Origin: Craspedostauros australis
Lineage: Eukaryota
NCBI GenBank assembly: GCA_030167865.1
Contig: JALAGF010004795.1
Location: 1 to 50,101 of the forward strand
Direction of reading: 5' to 3'
DNA: 50,101 nucleotides
Part shown: positions 10,031-22,842 of the stretch, one piece after another
Numbering within the stretch: position 1 is the first letter of the stretch
Layout of the letters: every line of letters starts with the position of its first letter
The notes under the pieces: generated by a model
Databases searched by the model: none
Told to the model about the DNA's origin: nothing
Seen by the model: only the letters and a program-made list of their open reading frames with translations
Translations under genes and position numbers: made by a program

Positions 10031-12085
10031 ATGACATCGTCCGCTTGCACGCTGTATCTGGCGAACTCCACGATACCGAATGCGGGGCTGGGGATCTTCA
10101 CTGCCGCACCGTTGAAGGTCGGCGATACGGTGGGCGAAGGCGATGTTTGCATTCCGTTGGTGGATATTTCTGATTTCTACGCCAACAGCGACATCCAGGG
10201 TCCGTTGCAGGATTACGTTTGGGAGTGAGTTGCCACGGGGATGCTGCTGCAGACATGGCATGTGGAATGGAGTGTAGCACTGCTTGTGCATATAATAGGT
10301 TCGAGACCGACCAGAGCGGAGCAGTTCATCCGAATGCATCGGTGCTGTGGTCAATTGAAGAATGTACTCCATGAGATTACTCCTCGGTCCTGCAGGGATC
10401 TCGTCCTCCTACTACTACTGCTTGGAGCAGAGAGTGGTACGGATACAGTAGAAGAATACTGATGACATTCCCGACCTATCACGCCGAGGGAAGCTCACCC
10501 GTTCTACTCCGCGCTCTATTGTATTGTATGTTGTACTCTCTTGCTCTGCTCTATCACGCTTTCGTTCACTCACCATATCAGTGGATCGGTCATGGGCATG
10601 TACTTCGAGGTGGAATCCGAAGAGAGCATCTCGGCGTTCTATCCCGGCGCAGACGCCGCCGTCAATGCCAATCCATACCTCAACAACGTTGGCAAGGCGC
10701 TGCCGACCCATGACACGGCGGGGTTGCATCGGCTGAAGGATCCGTCGGTCGGTTCATTCACACCGTACTATGGCGGCACGACGCCAGTCACCAGGGACAT
10801 ACCGATGGGCGGCGAGCTCTTCAAGGACTACGGCGACGACTGGTTCCTGAGCCGAGAAGCGGTCCTGGGACCGGTCCCGACGCATTCCGATTGCGATGCC
10901 ATGAATCAATTGCTGAAGTCTTTCACAAAATTGTCGCCACGACTTCGACCGCTGATGCATGAATTCATGGACAGCATGAGATCGACGTGGAATGTGTTCC
11001 GGGCATTGCCTCCCAGCATGCAGGACAGCATCACGGCGGGGCGGGATGGATTGCAATCGCTACATCAGAACACCGCGCGCCGCAGCGTCGAATGGTTGCA
11101 AAAGAATGGCAAATGCATCGACAACATCATCGCTCGCAATTCCACCATTCCAGGCGCGGGGCGCGGAGCCTTCGCACGGAGGCCGATCTCCGAAGGGACC
11201 ATCATCACAGCGTCGCCGTTGGTGCATATCGTTGATCGTGCCTACATCGCGGTGGAAGGGAACGACAATCAGAAGCTGCAGCTGCTGCTGAATTACTGCT
11301 TTGGGCATCCGCAATCAACACTGTTGCTATGCCCATACGGATCGGGAATCAACTTCATAAACCACAGCAGCGACCGCAATGAGATCAACGTCCGGATACA
11401 GTGGACCAAAAGCGGGAGCACGTCGCACGATGATGCCTCCTTCACCATGACTCTCGATGAGATGAAAGCGAAATTGACCCCAGGTCTCGCATTTGATTAC
11501 GTCGCAACCAGGCACATTGGCGAAGGCGAGGAACTATTCATGGACTACGGTCCTCAATGGGAGGAGGCATGGACGTCGCACGTCCAAAATTGGGATCCGC
11601 CGCCAAGCTATTCCGAGTACAGAAACGCGCAGCAGGTCAACCAATCCGCACCCATCTTGCGCACCGTTAAAGAACAGGCAGACAATCCGTATCCACCAAA
11701 TCTGGAAACGCGATGTCATTCCAACATCGTGGAACAGAGGTACTTCGCAGAACTCGACTTTCCATGGCAGTACGAATACGACGGCGTCAACATGCCGCAC
11801 ATCGGCCGCCCATGCAAGGTCATTCGGCGACATGAGCGCGACAATCGTGTGTCGTACGATGTGTCGGTGACAGTCCGGCGATACACGGAGGACGAAGATA
11901 CTGTCAAGATCTACCACATGCCAGTCCAGAGGGTGCCGCGGCCGGCGATTCGATTCTTCGATGGCCCGCTGACGTCGGACATTCATTTGGACGAGGCGTT
12001 TCGGCATGAGATCATGATCCCAGATTCGATGTTTCCGCAGGTTTGGAAGGACAGGGAGGACCAACGGGGAACGCGGCAGGATTAG
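10031..12085 (+). CDS. Tandem SET-domain protein (diatom-expanded type); 2 exons, ~565 aa; start uncertain
   Basis: Exons 10031-10224 and 10582-12085; GTGAGT donor and ATCAG acceptor join in phase 2 (..YVW-D-GSVM..). SET1: CTLYLANSTIPNAGLGIF...VNANP...RDIPMGGELFKDYG. SET2: NSTIPGAGRGAFA...FINHS...RHIGEGEELFMDYG. Confidence 0.85.
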
Positions 12086-12337
12086 ACATGGAACAGGGCT
12101 TCGACGTTGTTGCCCAAACCTGGAATGACAGCATCGACCCTCTCGGGGACAAGAGTGCTCATACTGGAGCGTGCGCTATGGGCGCTCTGAGGTAAGCGTT
12201 CTACCATGCTCGAGAGTACAAGTAAGTCTTCGTAAAATGCTATGGAATGAACGATTACATTCCCAAAAGAGAAAAGGGAGTAAGCACCTGCAGAACGAGA
12301 CGGTTGTTTTACAACAACGCGATGTCATGCGATGCAT

Positions 12338-15300
12338 TCATACATCCTCTGTCCTCCGACTGATGCTGCGCAGGACGAAGAACTCCTTCCCTTTGGACTT
12401 GACTGCTTGGATGCTGGCCCTCCACATGGAACTGTCTCCAACGATGTTGCGACCAGCACTTCGTGGATTCTTCATGACATCTGAAGCGGACATGCCAAAC
12501 AACGATTCGCCCCTGCTGCCCACCACCAGTACATTCAACACTGCTGTAGCATCAGCCAACCAAACCCCAAACGAGTATTCGAAATCGTCGCCTGACCGTC
12601 TGCAGAGATGCTCGGCGCCATCATCGATTGGCGGAAAGGTGTTAACAATACCGACTTCTCCAACAAAATTCGCAGGGAGAGGCAAGGTCTTTAGCTCCGC
12701 CAAAGTAGTCGCCGTTGACGACTCGGTCGGAGGCGTCGTCGTTGCAGTGACCGTCGCTCCGGCATTTCCTCCCGCTGGTATCGTCGGGCGAGGGTCTGTC
12801 GAGGCGGCGACGGCAGCAGCTGGTGGAGCCTCAACTGATTCACCTTGGGCAACGTTTTCTTGTTGTTGTTCGCTGGGTTTTCGGGTGGTTGCATCCCGCA
12901 AATCGTCATCGTCCCGTACAGGCAAGAACGCCGATTGAGGATTGTACTGATCATTGGAGATGATCCGCTGGTTGTGCGCCTCCAGCATTGCTCGAACTTC
13001 CAAGGCCGTGTCCGGCAGCAACGAAATCCAGCTGGATTCTGTGATGATCAGACCTGTGCATGGAATACGTACGTGCATATGGGGGACCGTCGTGGTCGTG
13101 GGAACATGGCGATAGCAGCAGGTGTGACGGAAGAAGAATAGACACAGAAGGAACGAGATGAGATGAGACGAGACGACGTGCGCTGTTCAAACTCAAAGCA
13201 TCAGCACGCTCACAGTATAGCTACGTATAGAGGACGAAAACGACTCACATCTCCCGACTTGTCCTTGAGGTTCGTCGCATGCGACATTCCGAAGCCTGAT
13301 AAACGAACCGATAGGGACCTTACTCTGGATGAAATCCCACTGAGAAGGCCCCAACACCACCGCGTTGCAAACTGCACCGCACAAGGTCTTGGGTGTTTGC
13401 AGGCGCGTCTTGTTACCGCTACCGTCATCACGATCGCCACTGCCATTGTCGCTATCGTTGCTGCTGCGCGTTCCATCATTCAACTTCTGGATGATTTCGG
13501 CAATCCTTTCGACACAGGCGACCGATGGCTCACAAGCATTCAACCTCCGGGTTACCTCTTGGGAACTGACCGGGAGCCTGCATGTGAGTCTCGCACCATA
13601 CGATCAGAGCACATCGTGGCAGAGCATGAGGCAGTGGGGTGAGCGATTTTCATTCCACGCACAGAGGCGCAATGCATTGTTCGTAGGAAGAGAAGGTGCA
13701 ATGCAATGCAATGCAATGCAGTATAATAGAAGGTAGCGCAGCGCACGGGTGTTGGGAAAAACAGAAGAAGGACGTCGTGAGCATTCCAGCTGAAGATAAC
13801 TCATGCAAGAACAACCATGACGCGTTTCCCATTGTCCGCATGTCACCATCGATACAACACATAATGGTGGAATGGAAGACGCTGCTCTCCAGTGCTCCAG
13901 AGCAGCACGAAAGAACAGAGCAGCTGGAATACAGCGAACGGACTTACGGATCAGGTTGGGATAAGCCCGTCCCATCCCACACTCGCATGTAGCCCATGGC
14001 GGGTAGCAATGACGGCTGGATCTCTTGGTTTGGCAGTTTGTTGACCACCATCATGACAGCATCCACATGCTTGAAACTCTCGAAATGCTCACCGCCATCG
14101 TGATCATGATCATCACCGTCACCGGTGGCGCCTGGTCTTTCTCTGGTACTTGACAGTGTTTGTTTGTAGACAGGATGGAGCGTTGAGTGATTGGCGATGT
14201 ATTCCTGACCCCATCGCCAAAGCTGCCGTGATCGTTCGTTGTCCTGCTGTGTGAAGCTGTAGCTGTGGCTCGGTGATTTCCGACTCCAACCATCGATGGT
14301 GCCGTCTCCCCCTTTCCGAATGACTACGTATGAAGAAGCAAGCGTCCCGAGCAGCTGGACAGCGTCTTGGAATCTTTGCACCGCCACTCTGTGCATACGA
14401 ATGACATCGCCAGTGTACCAGAGGGATGGGAATGCATCTCGCTTGCCAAAGATGACCAGAGTGTACAGCTTCTTGATCTGGGGACCGTTGACGGCATCGA
14501 CGACGGCATGGATGTTGCCTCCGCTGTTGCTACCCCTGTTGCTGTTGCTGTCGACATCGTTGTCTGAAATCGATTCATCGATCAAGTCAATGGCAATCGA
14601 CCACCCGCCGGTCCTGGTTTGCTTCGGCAGACGGAATCCAGCCACCACTCCGTATGCATTTATGATGGGGGAAGCTCCAGTGGGTGCTTGTTCCAAGGTC
14701 TCCTCCAGATCATCCAGGCGCGCGTACTTCTTTGCTTCGTTTGGACGGTTGCGCTTTGCTGCTGGTCGGAAAGTCGACGATGGTGGGTTTTCTTCACCAG
14801 GTATGGGACGGCCGTCCTCAACACGATTTCGATTGGATTGGGCTAATTCAGTCTCCGCCCCTGGCATTGCCTGGACTTCATCATTTGCCTTGCGCTTGGC
14901 TGAAAGCGTTCCGTGGCCGTGTCCGTGAGGTTGTGGTCTTGGGATCGGTTGGGTGGGATTCCTTTCGCCAATGTCCTCTGTTCCTGTTGGTGTGCCGTGA
15001 TCACTATCTTCCTCAATGTCGTCGTCGTCATCGTCATCACTGCGGTTGCTACAGATTGCGTTCGTCGGCTTTGGCTGAAGCGACTGCCACTGAGCAAAGC
15101 ATGTTGCAATGGTATCATCATCCTGTCTGAGGACTTTGCCATTCCTGTCCATGGTGAGCGATGCTGAAGAGCGAGGTTTGGCCACTCGCAGCACCAATCC
15201 ACCATCTCCAGACTTTCTTTCGGAAACGTTGCGGTGTATGATCGTGGAACGAGCTGCGTCCGGCGACTCCATGCGGATGCTGCAGACCTTGCTCGAGGCT

Positions 15301-16907
15301 TCCGAGCGATAGATTTTGAATCTTCCTCCCACACAAAGGCAGTAGTCCAGGAGCTGAGTCTGCTCTCTCAAATTGGAAGGATCCAGCGCATAGGGAAAGA
15401 TGCACTTCGCTGGGATATCATCAAGACGCATCAGGATGGGATTCTCGGTGTGATGAAGGCTATCGGCGGCACCATCGCTATTATGACTTTGCATCCACTG
15501 ATCCATCCACGTGGCGTACTTCTGGTAGAGAAAGATGCGGAGTCTCTTGGATTGTCGTTTGCTCGTTTTGATGATATTCGCTGGACCATCCTCAGTATTT
15601 TGGGATGCATCGACAGAGACATCAAGGCGCAAATGAGGGCGATCCGATGGCAGAATCAGCTGCTCCACCTCGAGCGATACCACCGTATCGTATGCGAACA
15701 TGAGAGGGCCGTCGTCTTGGACATGCGGATACACCGTGCGATCCATGGCTCGGCCAGGATACACGGGGGCACGATTGGCGAATGCATGATGTGTGGCTTG
15801 ACGGTAGTTGATGGCTCGCTTCGTTTGTCGCAGTCTCCAGTACTTGCAAACTCTGCAAAGACCGAATGATGCCTGCTTGGTGTACATGTCAAGATCTTCC
15901 ATCTTCGTGATGACATGCATCGTGCGGCTCGCATGCGGGATGCGTACCCGTCGCGTGTTTGACGTTGGCTGCGTTGCAGCGTCCTGCCCTTCTTTATTTT
16001 GGTGGTGGTGGTGGTGGTGGTGGTGATGGTACTGGTGTGAATGTCCTCGTGATATATGCCCATGGTGCAAGTACTGCCCTTCCTGCTGGATTCCCAGCAA
16101 ACCGCCAGCGGGTTTATCCTGCGTCTCCAACAACGACGCGTCATCAGATTCATTATCGTGATCGTCGTTCTGCTTGGTCCCTCCTCCCCCTGCTCTTTCT
16201 CGTCGTTTCTCCTTGTCTTGCGCTGCACCTTGGCCTTGCCTTTCGAGGTCATCCGCTCTTTCGTCGGCGCGACAATCGTGCTGATGACGGCTGTGCCGAG
16301 GTTCGTACTCTCCATCAGACAGATCACCATCCAGCTGACGATCGGATAGTATGCGCGTCCTGAGGAACGCTGCTGCGGTGGTGATCTGAAGCTTCTTCCA
16401 CTTTGGGAACGTCACCGGATCTGTTTTCCGAACGGGTGATCCATCGACGCGTGATGACGAAGAGTCGGTTTGGTTGTGCCTGCTGGCACGCGCGTGAGAA
16501 AGAGGCGTGGCATCACGGCCCACAATGTCCCCAAGGGACACGCCATAACCCAACGCGTTGCCATGATCTGGACCCCAAAAGGCTGCCAGGCCGCTCATTG
16601 CAGAGTACGGTACAATGCTGGGCTGTTCCGAGATACTCTGCACTACGACTGCTCTACTCCGGCTGCTCTTTCTTCTCCAATGGATCCCCGTCACGAAGAC
16701 AAATGATGTTGCCACGAGAGTACAAATCGCTCTCTGTCTCTCTGCTCTCTCCTTCTCGTTGTGTCTGCGACCGAGTGCAGGGGTGGTTGATTGTGCTTGC
16801 AGCAGCTGTTGCGAATAGTCGTGTTCCAGAGAGCGGAGTATCGGTACGTAAGGTATTAGGACGAGTGGCTCGTATGGCACGCCTCTCTCGTTACCGCTCT
16901 GTACCAT
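12338..16907 (-). CDS. POT1: POT1-like telomeric ssDNA-binding OB-fold protein with a very long N-terminal extension; 3 exons, ~1334 aa from the first in-frame ATG
   Basis: Exons 16907-13948, 13577-13249 and 13053-12338, with GTAAGT/GTGAGT donors, CAG acceptors and consistent phases 2 and 1. OB1: INAYGVV..F..PKQTRTGGW...IDES...IFG..DAFP....GDVIRMHRV. OB2: VDAVMMV...RVWDGTG...GSFIRLRNV. C-terminal OB: YSFGVWLADATAVLNVLV...GESLFG. The frame stays open upstream to ~17100, so the true start is uncertain. Confidence 0.8.
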
Positions 16908-18066
16908 TTGTGTCGACGTCGGTGATGGTCGCTTTCTCTCCACTCCCTCGTCATCAGCATCATCATCATCATCATGCGCACGGCACTGGGCAATTGAAGC
17001 GCTCTCCTCCTGCGTTGCCTGTGCCGTTCCGCGCGGTTCCGGTTGTTGCCACAACTTCGTGCCAACACAGATTCGTGATTCGCGACTCAGGTACCCTTCT
17101 CAGTCCCGATGTGAAAACACTATCCGACGTACATGCGGACAGATGACTGTGACATGAAGGAACATTCTTCTTTCAATGATTGTTTTTAACGGTCTGTGGA
17201 ATGGGATCCATGAACCATAAGTGAAAACCGTGGTATCCGAAGATGTCGTCAGCGACGAAGAGCACGCGCAGATGGCGCTGTTGAATTTGGCGGCTGCGAG
17301 AGGCAGATGGGAAGCAGAGCGGAGACGCTCCCGTTTGTGTGGCAACACTCGCAGCAATGCGCAGCAACGCGTTGGGACAGGGTCACGAGCACAAACGACG
17401 TGTGCGGTTCACACGAGGGACAGAGAGGAGAAACGCAGGGATGCAAGCAGAAGGCAACAACAGCAGCAACAGAAAAACCAACACGAACACAGCACCAACC
17501 AAGGCCACACGAGACAACCTGTCAACAGTACGCCAAAAAGACATCTCAATGGAGAACATCACATCGACGAGAAACATCGACCCATCAGCCCCGCCTTCGA
17601 CATCACCAGCGCCAACATCAGCACAAGGAGGACGGATTCAGAAGCAGATTGCGAGACATCATTGGCGACCCGAATAGAGCGCTCGTGCGGATAGAGAAGA
17701 GTCGACGCCAGAGAGCATCGGTTCGAGCCAGTGTGTGAATAGGAACACTCACGCGTGAATGTGCAACACCCGCACACATCCGGAGGTCCCACAAACCAAA
17801 CCAAGACAACCGAGCAAGAGCGCGATACCGATTGTGCAATAAGTGCCAGCGCCGTCACCAGCGCGAGTTGCCATCACGCAACCCAAACAGAGAACCAGGA
17901 GAGCAACAGCAGACCAACAGGAGAGATCGTGGAATCCCACCATCGCAGCATCGTGGCATCCGCGCAAGGAACAAGAACAGGAAAGGACAGAACAGGATAC
18001 GACGATTCACGTGACAACCCGGCCTTCCAATCATAACATCAGCATCACAGCAGCATCACCCGCCAA

Positions 18067-21000
18067 ATGTTCGGAACGATCCGGAGAGTGATTTCGGGAG
18101 ACAATGTCGTGGGGTCTGCCGATGTGAGCATGCCTACAAATACAAGCAACAATTGTCGCAATGATCCCCATCACGACGGCCACGTCGATATCAGCAATAG
18201 GAGCAGCAGCAGCAACGACAGCAACGACAGCAACGACAACAGCGACAGCAACAGCAACCATAGTGCGAACATGATGAACAGTAGCTCTGCTAGCAGCAGC
18301 AGCAGCCGGAACGACGATGATGATGCCATGGATCGGCGTGGAGAGCAATTGCAACAGCAACAACAACAACAACAACAACAGCTCCATGCTGTTACAAACA
18401 TGAGGAAGCAGAGCACGCCAACCTCCGAACTGCACATGCCAACAGCATCAGCACCATCATCACTAGGCCCGTCTTTCTGTATCCCATCAATGACGGCTCC
18501 CACGTTGATCGAGTCGGAGCAGGCCGATCGTATTGATGGTTACGGGAATGCTGACATCAGCGAGAACCCCAACAACGATACTTACATTCATGATGACGAT
18601 TGCAAACTCGATATCATGCTGGTGGATTCACATGGCAGCGAGAGGAACGGCCACGCAAGCAACATGGAGTCACTGCATGATCTTCATCGTCTCACCCAAA
18701 CAGAGTATCATCAACATCAGCAGCACCAGCAAGACCACGGACGAGATCACCAACAGCGACATGAGCAGCATCAGCGACACCAGAGGCAGGTACAAGCGCA
18801 AGTACAGGCACAAGTACAGCCACAAGAACGACGCCAAGGACATTACCAACATCAGCAGCAACAACAGCAGCAACATCAGCAACATGTACAGCGACAGCAA
18901 CAGCAACAGCCACAACAAGACCAACACAACCAGCAACATCAGCAAAACAACCATGACCAAAACCAACCCATGAACGCAAACGATGCCAGTGGCTTTCCAG
19001 CTGGGGTGTCCAGCTTATCCACGATGAGCACACATGAAGATGCTCGGACGAACTCACTCAGAGATATGTCACCAATGAGAGTGATGAATCACAAAATGGG
19101 TGCACCGCCTTTGCCTCGCGGCAGCGCGATGATGGCAAACACACCAGAGCGTGCGCACCGTGGAGCGACACCAGGAGTGGCTTTCGCGGACGAGATGGAT
19201 CCAGAAGATCGAGACATTTCAAAGTACATCCAATCTCAGCTTCCCCGCAATGACTCCAGAGTATCCAACGATTCATCTTCCACGTCGAACCGCGCTGGAA
19301 GCCAAACGAGTTCTAGAGACTGGGGCTGGTTTGAGGATGTGCACATGTCCGAGCACCACGGGCTCCCCTTTCTTCGCCGTAGAGATCAGGCAGATGAGCA
19401 AGCTGGTCGGAGGACGAATGGCTCAACGCGAGGCCTTGTCCCAAACCCTGGCTTCTCTCCACGACCAATGGAGGAGATCATCCAGGTGAATCTTGACGCA
19501 GGTAAGTATGGTACCTTGTGTCGATACCTTCTCGCGGTTATGCTGTGTTGCATTGTATTGTGTTGCGCTGTACTACGCAATCGCTGTCGTGATCCCCCCC
19601 CCCCACACACACACACATGTCTAAGCATGCAACGTACTCACCATTCCATTGCTCTGATCGCATCACATATTGCTTTCTTCGTGTGCTTTATATTCTTTTC
19701 GATGCACGCATCAATACGCGCTCTTCTGGTGCAACTGATGGCGCTGCTATCGATGGTCACATACTCACGCTACGCACCCCACTGTACTTGAATCATTGTG
19801 CAGAAGCCACATCGATGGGCATAAGCGCTCCAACGTATGTGCTGGAAGAGAGCTTGTCCAGCCAGCGGCTTTGGAGAGATACGGCAGGCAATCGCCCACC
19901 TCAACCCGCCGAGGAGAGAGCATTCTTCGAGATGATGTGGGCAAAGAACTTCGAGAAGTCGAAGGTGGATTATGATCTCCCTGTGGACATCCTCACGGCG
20001 CCATCGCCGGTATCCCTTTGTCCCTACACCGGTGGCAACTTCGATGAGTCCGGAGATGAGGACATCACAGCTTTCCCCACCGCTGCCGAGGCTAGGTCGG
20101 CGCCAACAAATCCAGGCGCCGACGCAGCAGCACCTTCCAGGACCAACGATCAGCACCGGAGCAACCAGTCCAGCTCACGAAAGACAGTGAAAGGCACTGG
20201 AGATGATGGCGAACTCGAGATACTTGTTCAGCAAGATAACAAGTACGGCACCACCGTCAGCAAGAGCTTCGCACGGTCCAGTGGCAAAGGCGGGCCTATC
20301 ATTGGCATTGATACAGTCAATATTTCCATTGGAAGATACCGTGTCGTTGAGGTAAGAGCCCCTCGCTGCAACGTGTCAGGTGTTGGCACGAAGACGGACA
20401 CGAACACGAACGCAAACACTTGGCTGTATGGCATCATACCACGCCCTGCTCCTGCTGATGCTTTGATCTTATGACTGCATGGCTGCGATGGCGCCTCGTG
20501 TCTGGTTGCTTTGCGCCTGTGCATCTGCGCAGGTGAGCGCTGCGCACTGGCCACTTCACTTATAGAGTTTCATGTCCATATCCATGTTCTCACTGCGGAG
20601 TCATCTTTTCACCTTCATTGCACTGATGTTTTGTCATCTATCGCCATCTACCATACGATTTCTGTGCGAACAATTGTTCGGCTCGGCTCGAACGGTCCCA
20701 CTCGACTCTACTCTACTCAAACAATCCCACATACCAACAACACTGTGTCCACTTTTTTGTGTTTTCTTGAGCAGTCCAAGCGGCACGGAAAGTACGCGCA
20801 GTTTCTCGTCGTGTACCGCGAGGGCAGCATCCGTGATACGATTGGAGTCTGGAAGAGATTCTCTGACTTCGTCGAGCTATCGAACAAGGTCACCCACGCC
20901 CACGAAGGCTGTGCCACTGTGATTGCCAACATCAGTCCCCTTGCTGTGACACAGGAGCACGAGATCGAACATCTGCCGAACGCAATCACAAGCTGGAGGT

Positions 21001-21167
21001 TGATGAAGAAGCAACAGCGTTGGTACCGGTGCTACGACGTCAAGTATCTCGGCATCAAGGCGTTCATGCTGGAGCGCTTCCTCCACGACATCCTCTTCGA
21101 AAGTTCCAGCCCCAACCTGCTGCGGGACTTTGTGGGCGCTGGCACTTCGCCGCCTTTGGACTCATAA
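18067..21167 (+). CDS. Gln/His/Asn-rich protein with C-terminal PX (phox)-like domain; 3 exons, ~791 aa
   Basis: Exons 18067-19501, 19804-20351 and 20775-21167, with GTAAGT/GTAAGA donors, CAG acceptors and phases 1 and 0. The C-terminal region ISIGRYRVVE|SKRHGKYAQFLV...VWKRFSDFVEL...LERFLHDIL...LLRDFVG follows the PX pattern. Confidence 0.75.
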
Positions 21168-22090
21168 AGAACATGGGTGCGCTTGGCGCGAGCATCGTCG
21201 CATGCACATCCTTAGCAGGGACACTTGTATGGTACTCATGCGAGTACGTTGGGAGTTGCATTCTACGAGTAGCAAACTTGCGTGCATACTCGTACTTCAT
21301 ATTGAATGCATCACTCTTCTCAGTTCACTTCATGATACTCTATTACATACGTTGCAGATTCATGCGGATGGCAGCTGCGGTGGTTGCCACGATAAAAACG
21401 TCCGTGCATCATCTCCATGCAATCGATAGGCATGCCACATTCCTTTGATTGGTGGGCAGCAATGGACGTGGCCACCTGCCTTTGATCATTGATTGGCGGG
21501 CAGCGATAACAACTGCATGGACAGCCGCCCTCTGCATTCCTCCACTATCATGAATCAAGTGTGAAATCCGTGTGCATCCATCCATCCATACTTGTTCGTA
21601 TCCATTCCATAACCATACTTAGAGATAGTACAACTACACACAAATTGCTTGGCACAGAGTATTCTCGTTTGGAATGTCTGTACTCGCTTCTGTGCATCCA
21701 GCATGGTCGAGATGCAGACGCTGGGAAGGACTTTCTGGCACAGCGGGGCTTCCATTGAATGGGTACGGATAGAGAGTGTGAGAGGGTTCCTCATCCTCAC
21801 AAGCAGTCGCAAAGCTATGACATCACTGCCGCCACCAGACACTGCAAATGAGCCGATAGCATTGCACAGAACTTGTACTGTATTGTTTTCCAGAGGTATC
21901 CCAGTATCTAGTGGTTAAGCTTGGTTGAAATAGTCAATTGGTGCCAACTGCCAGTGCCGGGTACGTCTCGAACAGTCGCGCGCAAGCCGTGATGGATGCG
22001 AAACGAATGGATCTGTACATGGGATCGCCAAGAGGATGACGATTGTTCAGGGGGGGTGCGAAGTGATTCATCGCCAGCGTCTAACAAGAT

Positions 22091-22842
22091 TTAGACGGAT
22101 GGGATGAGGGAGACTCCGAGCTGCTCGTGGACCATGAGGGCCTGTTGTTGTTTGATATTGTTTGTTGTGGCGGCGTGGTGTTGGGTTGATGAAAATTGAA
22201 GAGGAATGAGGGAGGTAAAAGTGTGTGAGCGTGATGATTCGTTTGGGCATATCTGTGGATATCATGTTGCATGCGAATACTCCATTTGCACATTGTACTT
22301 ACGAGGATTCCCATCTGGGCGGCACGGCCCTGGTTGAGCTCGATGGCGCGCTTCTGGAGCTTGGTCTCCTCGTCGAAGGAGTCCCAGCCGAGGTCGAAGG
22401 CGTCGTTACGGAAGTCACCGACGAATTCTCCTCCGGTGATGTCCTTCATGACGGCGAGCTCGAGGAAGCCGATGAATGCGACGACCTGGGCGATTCCGGC
22501 ACCCTGGATGGTGGTGAGGGCGGCGAAGCCGTTTGGCACATCAGCGAAGGCAAGGCCGGAGTAGTCGACATCTCCTGGGAGACGGATTCCGGCCTCCTGG
22601 ACGAGGTATCCAACGACGGCGAGCATACAGATGCGTCCGTGCTTGATCTCGACGTAACGGAGACGGTCGAACTTCTCCTGGTCACCGTCGGCGACAAGGC
22701 CAAGTGGATCGAAGAATCCGAGTGGGGCCTGGGCACCGAGCTCGTCCTCGAAGGAGTTGATGGCGGTGGTGCGTGCGGCCTGCTTGGCTGGAGCGAAAGC
22801 GGCGGCAGAGGCGATGAGGGAGGCGATGATGCAGGTCTTCAT
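22091..22842 (-). CDS. Lhcf: Fucoxanthin-chlorophyll a/c binding protein (FCP, Lhcf family); 2 exons, 196 aa
   Basis: Exons 22842-22303 and 22141-22091 (161-nt GT-AG intron, phase 0). Bipartite presequence MKTCIIASLIASAAA|FAP. LHC motifs GAQAPLGFFDPLG, RYVEIKHGRICMLA, FIGFLE and RAIELNQGRAAQMGIL|ALMVHE. Confidence 0.98.

Noticed and set aside
12086-18066. Telomerase RNA or telomeric repeats near POT1
   Set aside because: No TTAGGG/CCCTAA-type array or template-like sequence was noticed by eye; a covariance or promoter-motif search would be needed to exclude it.
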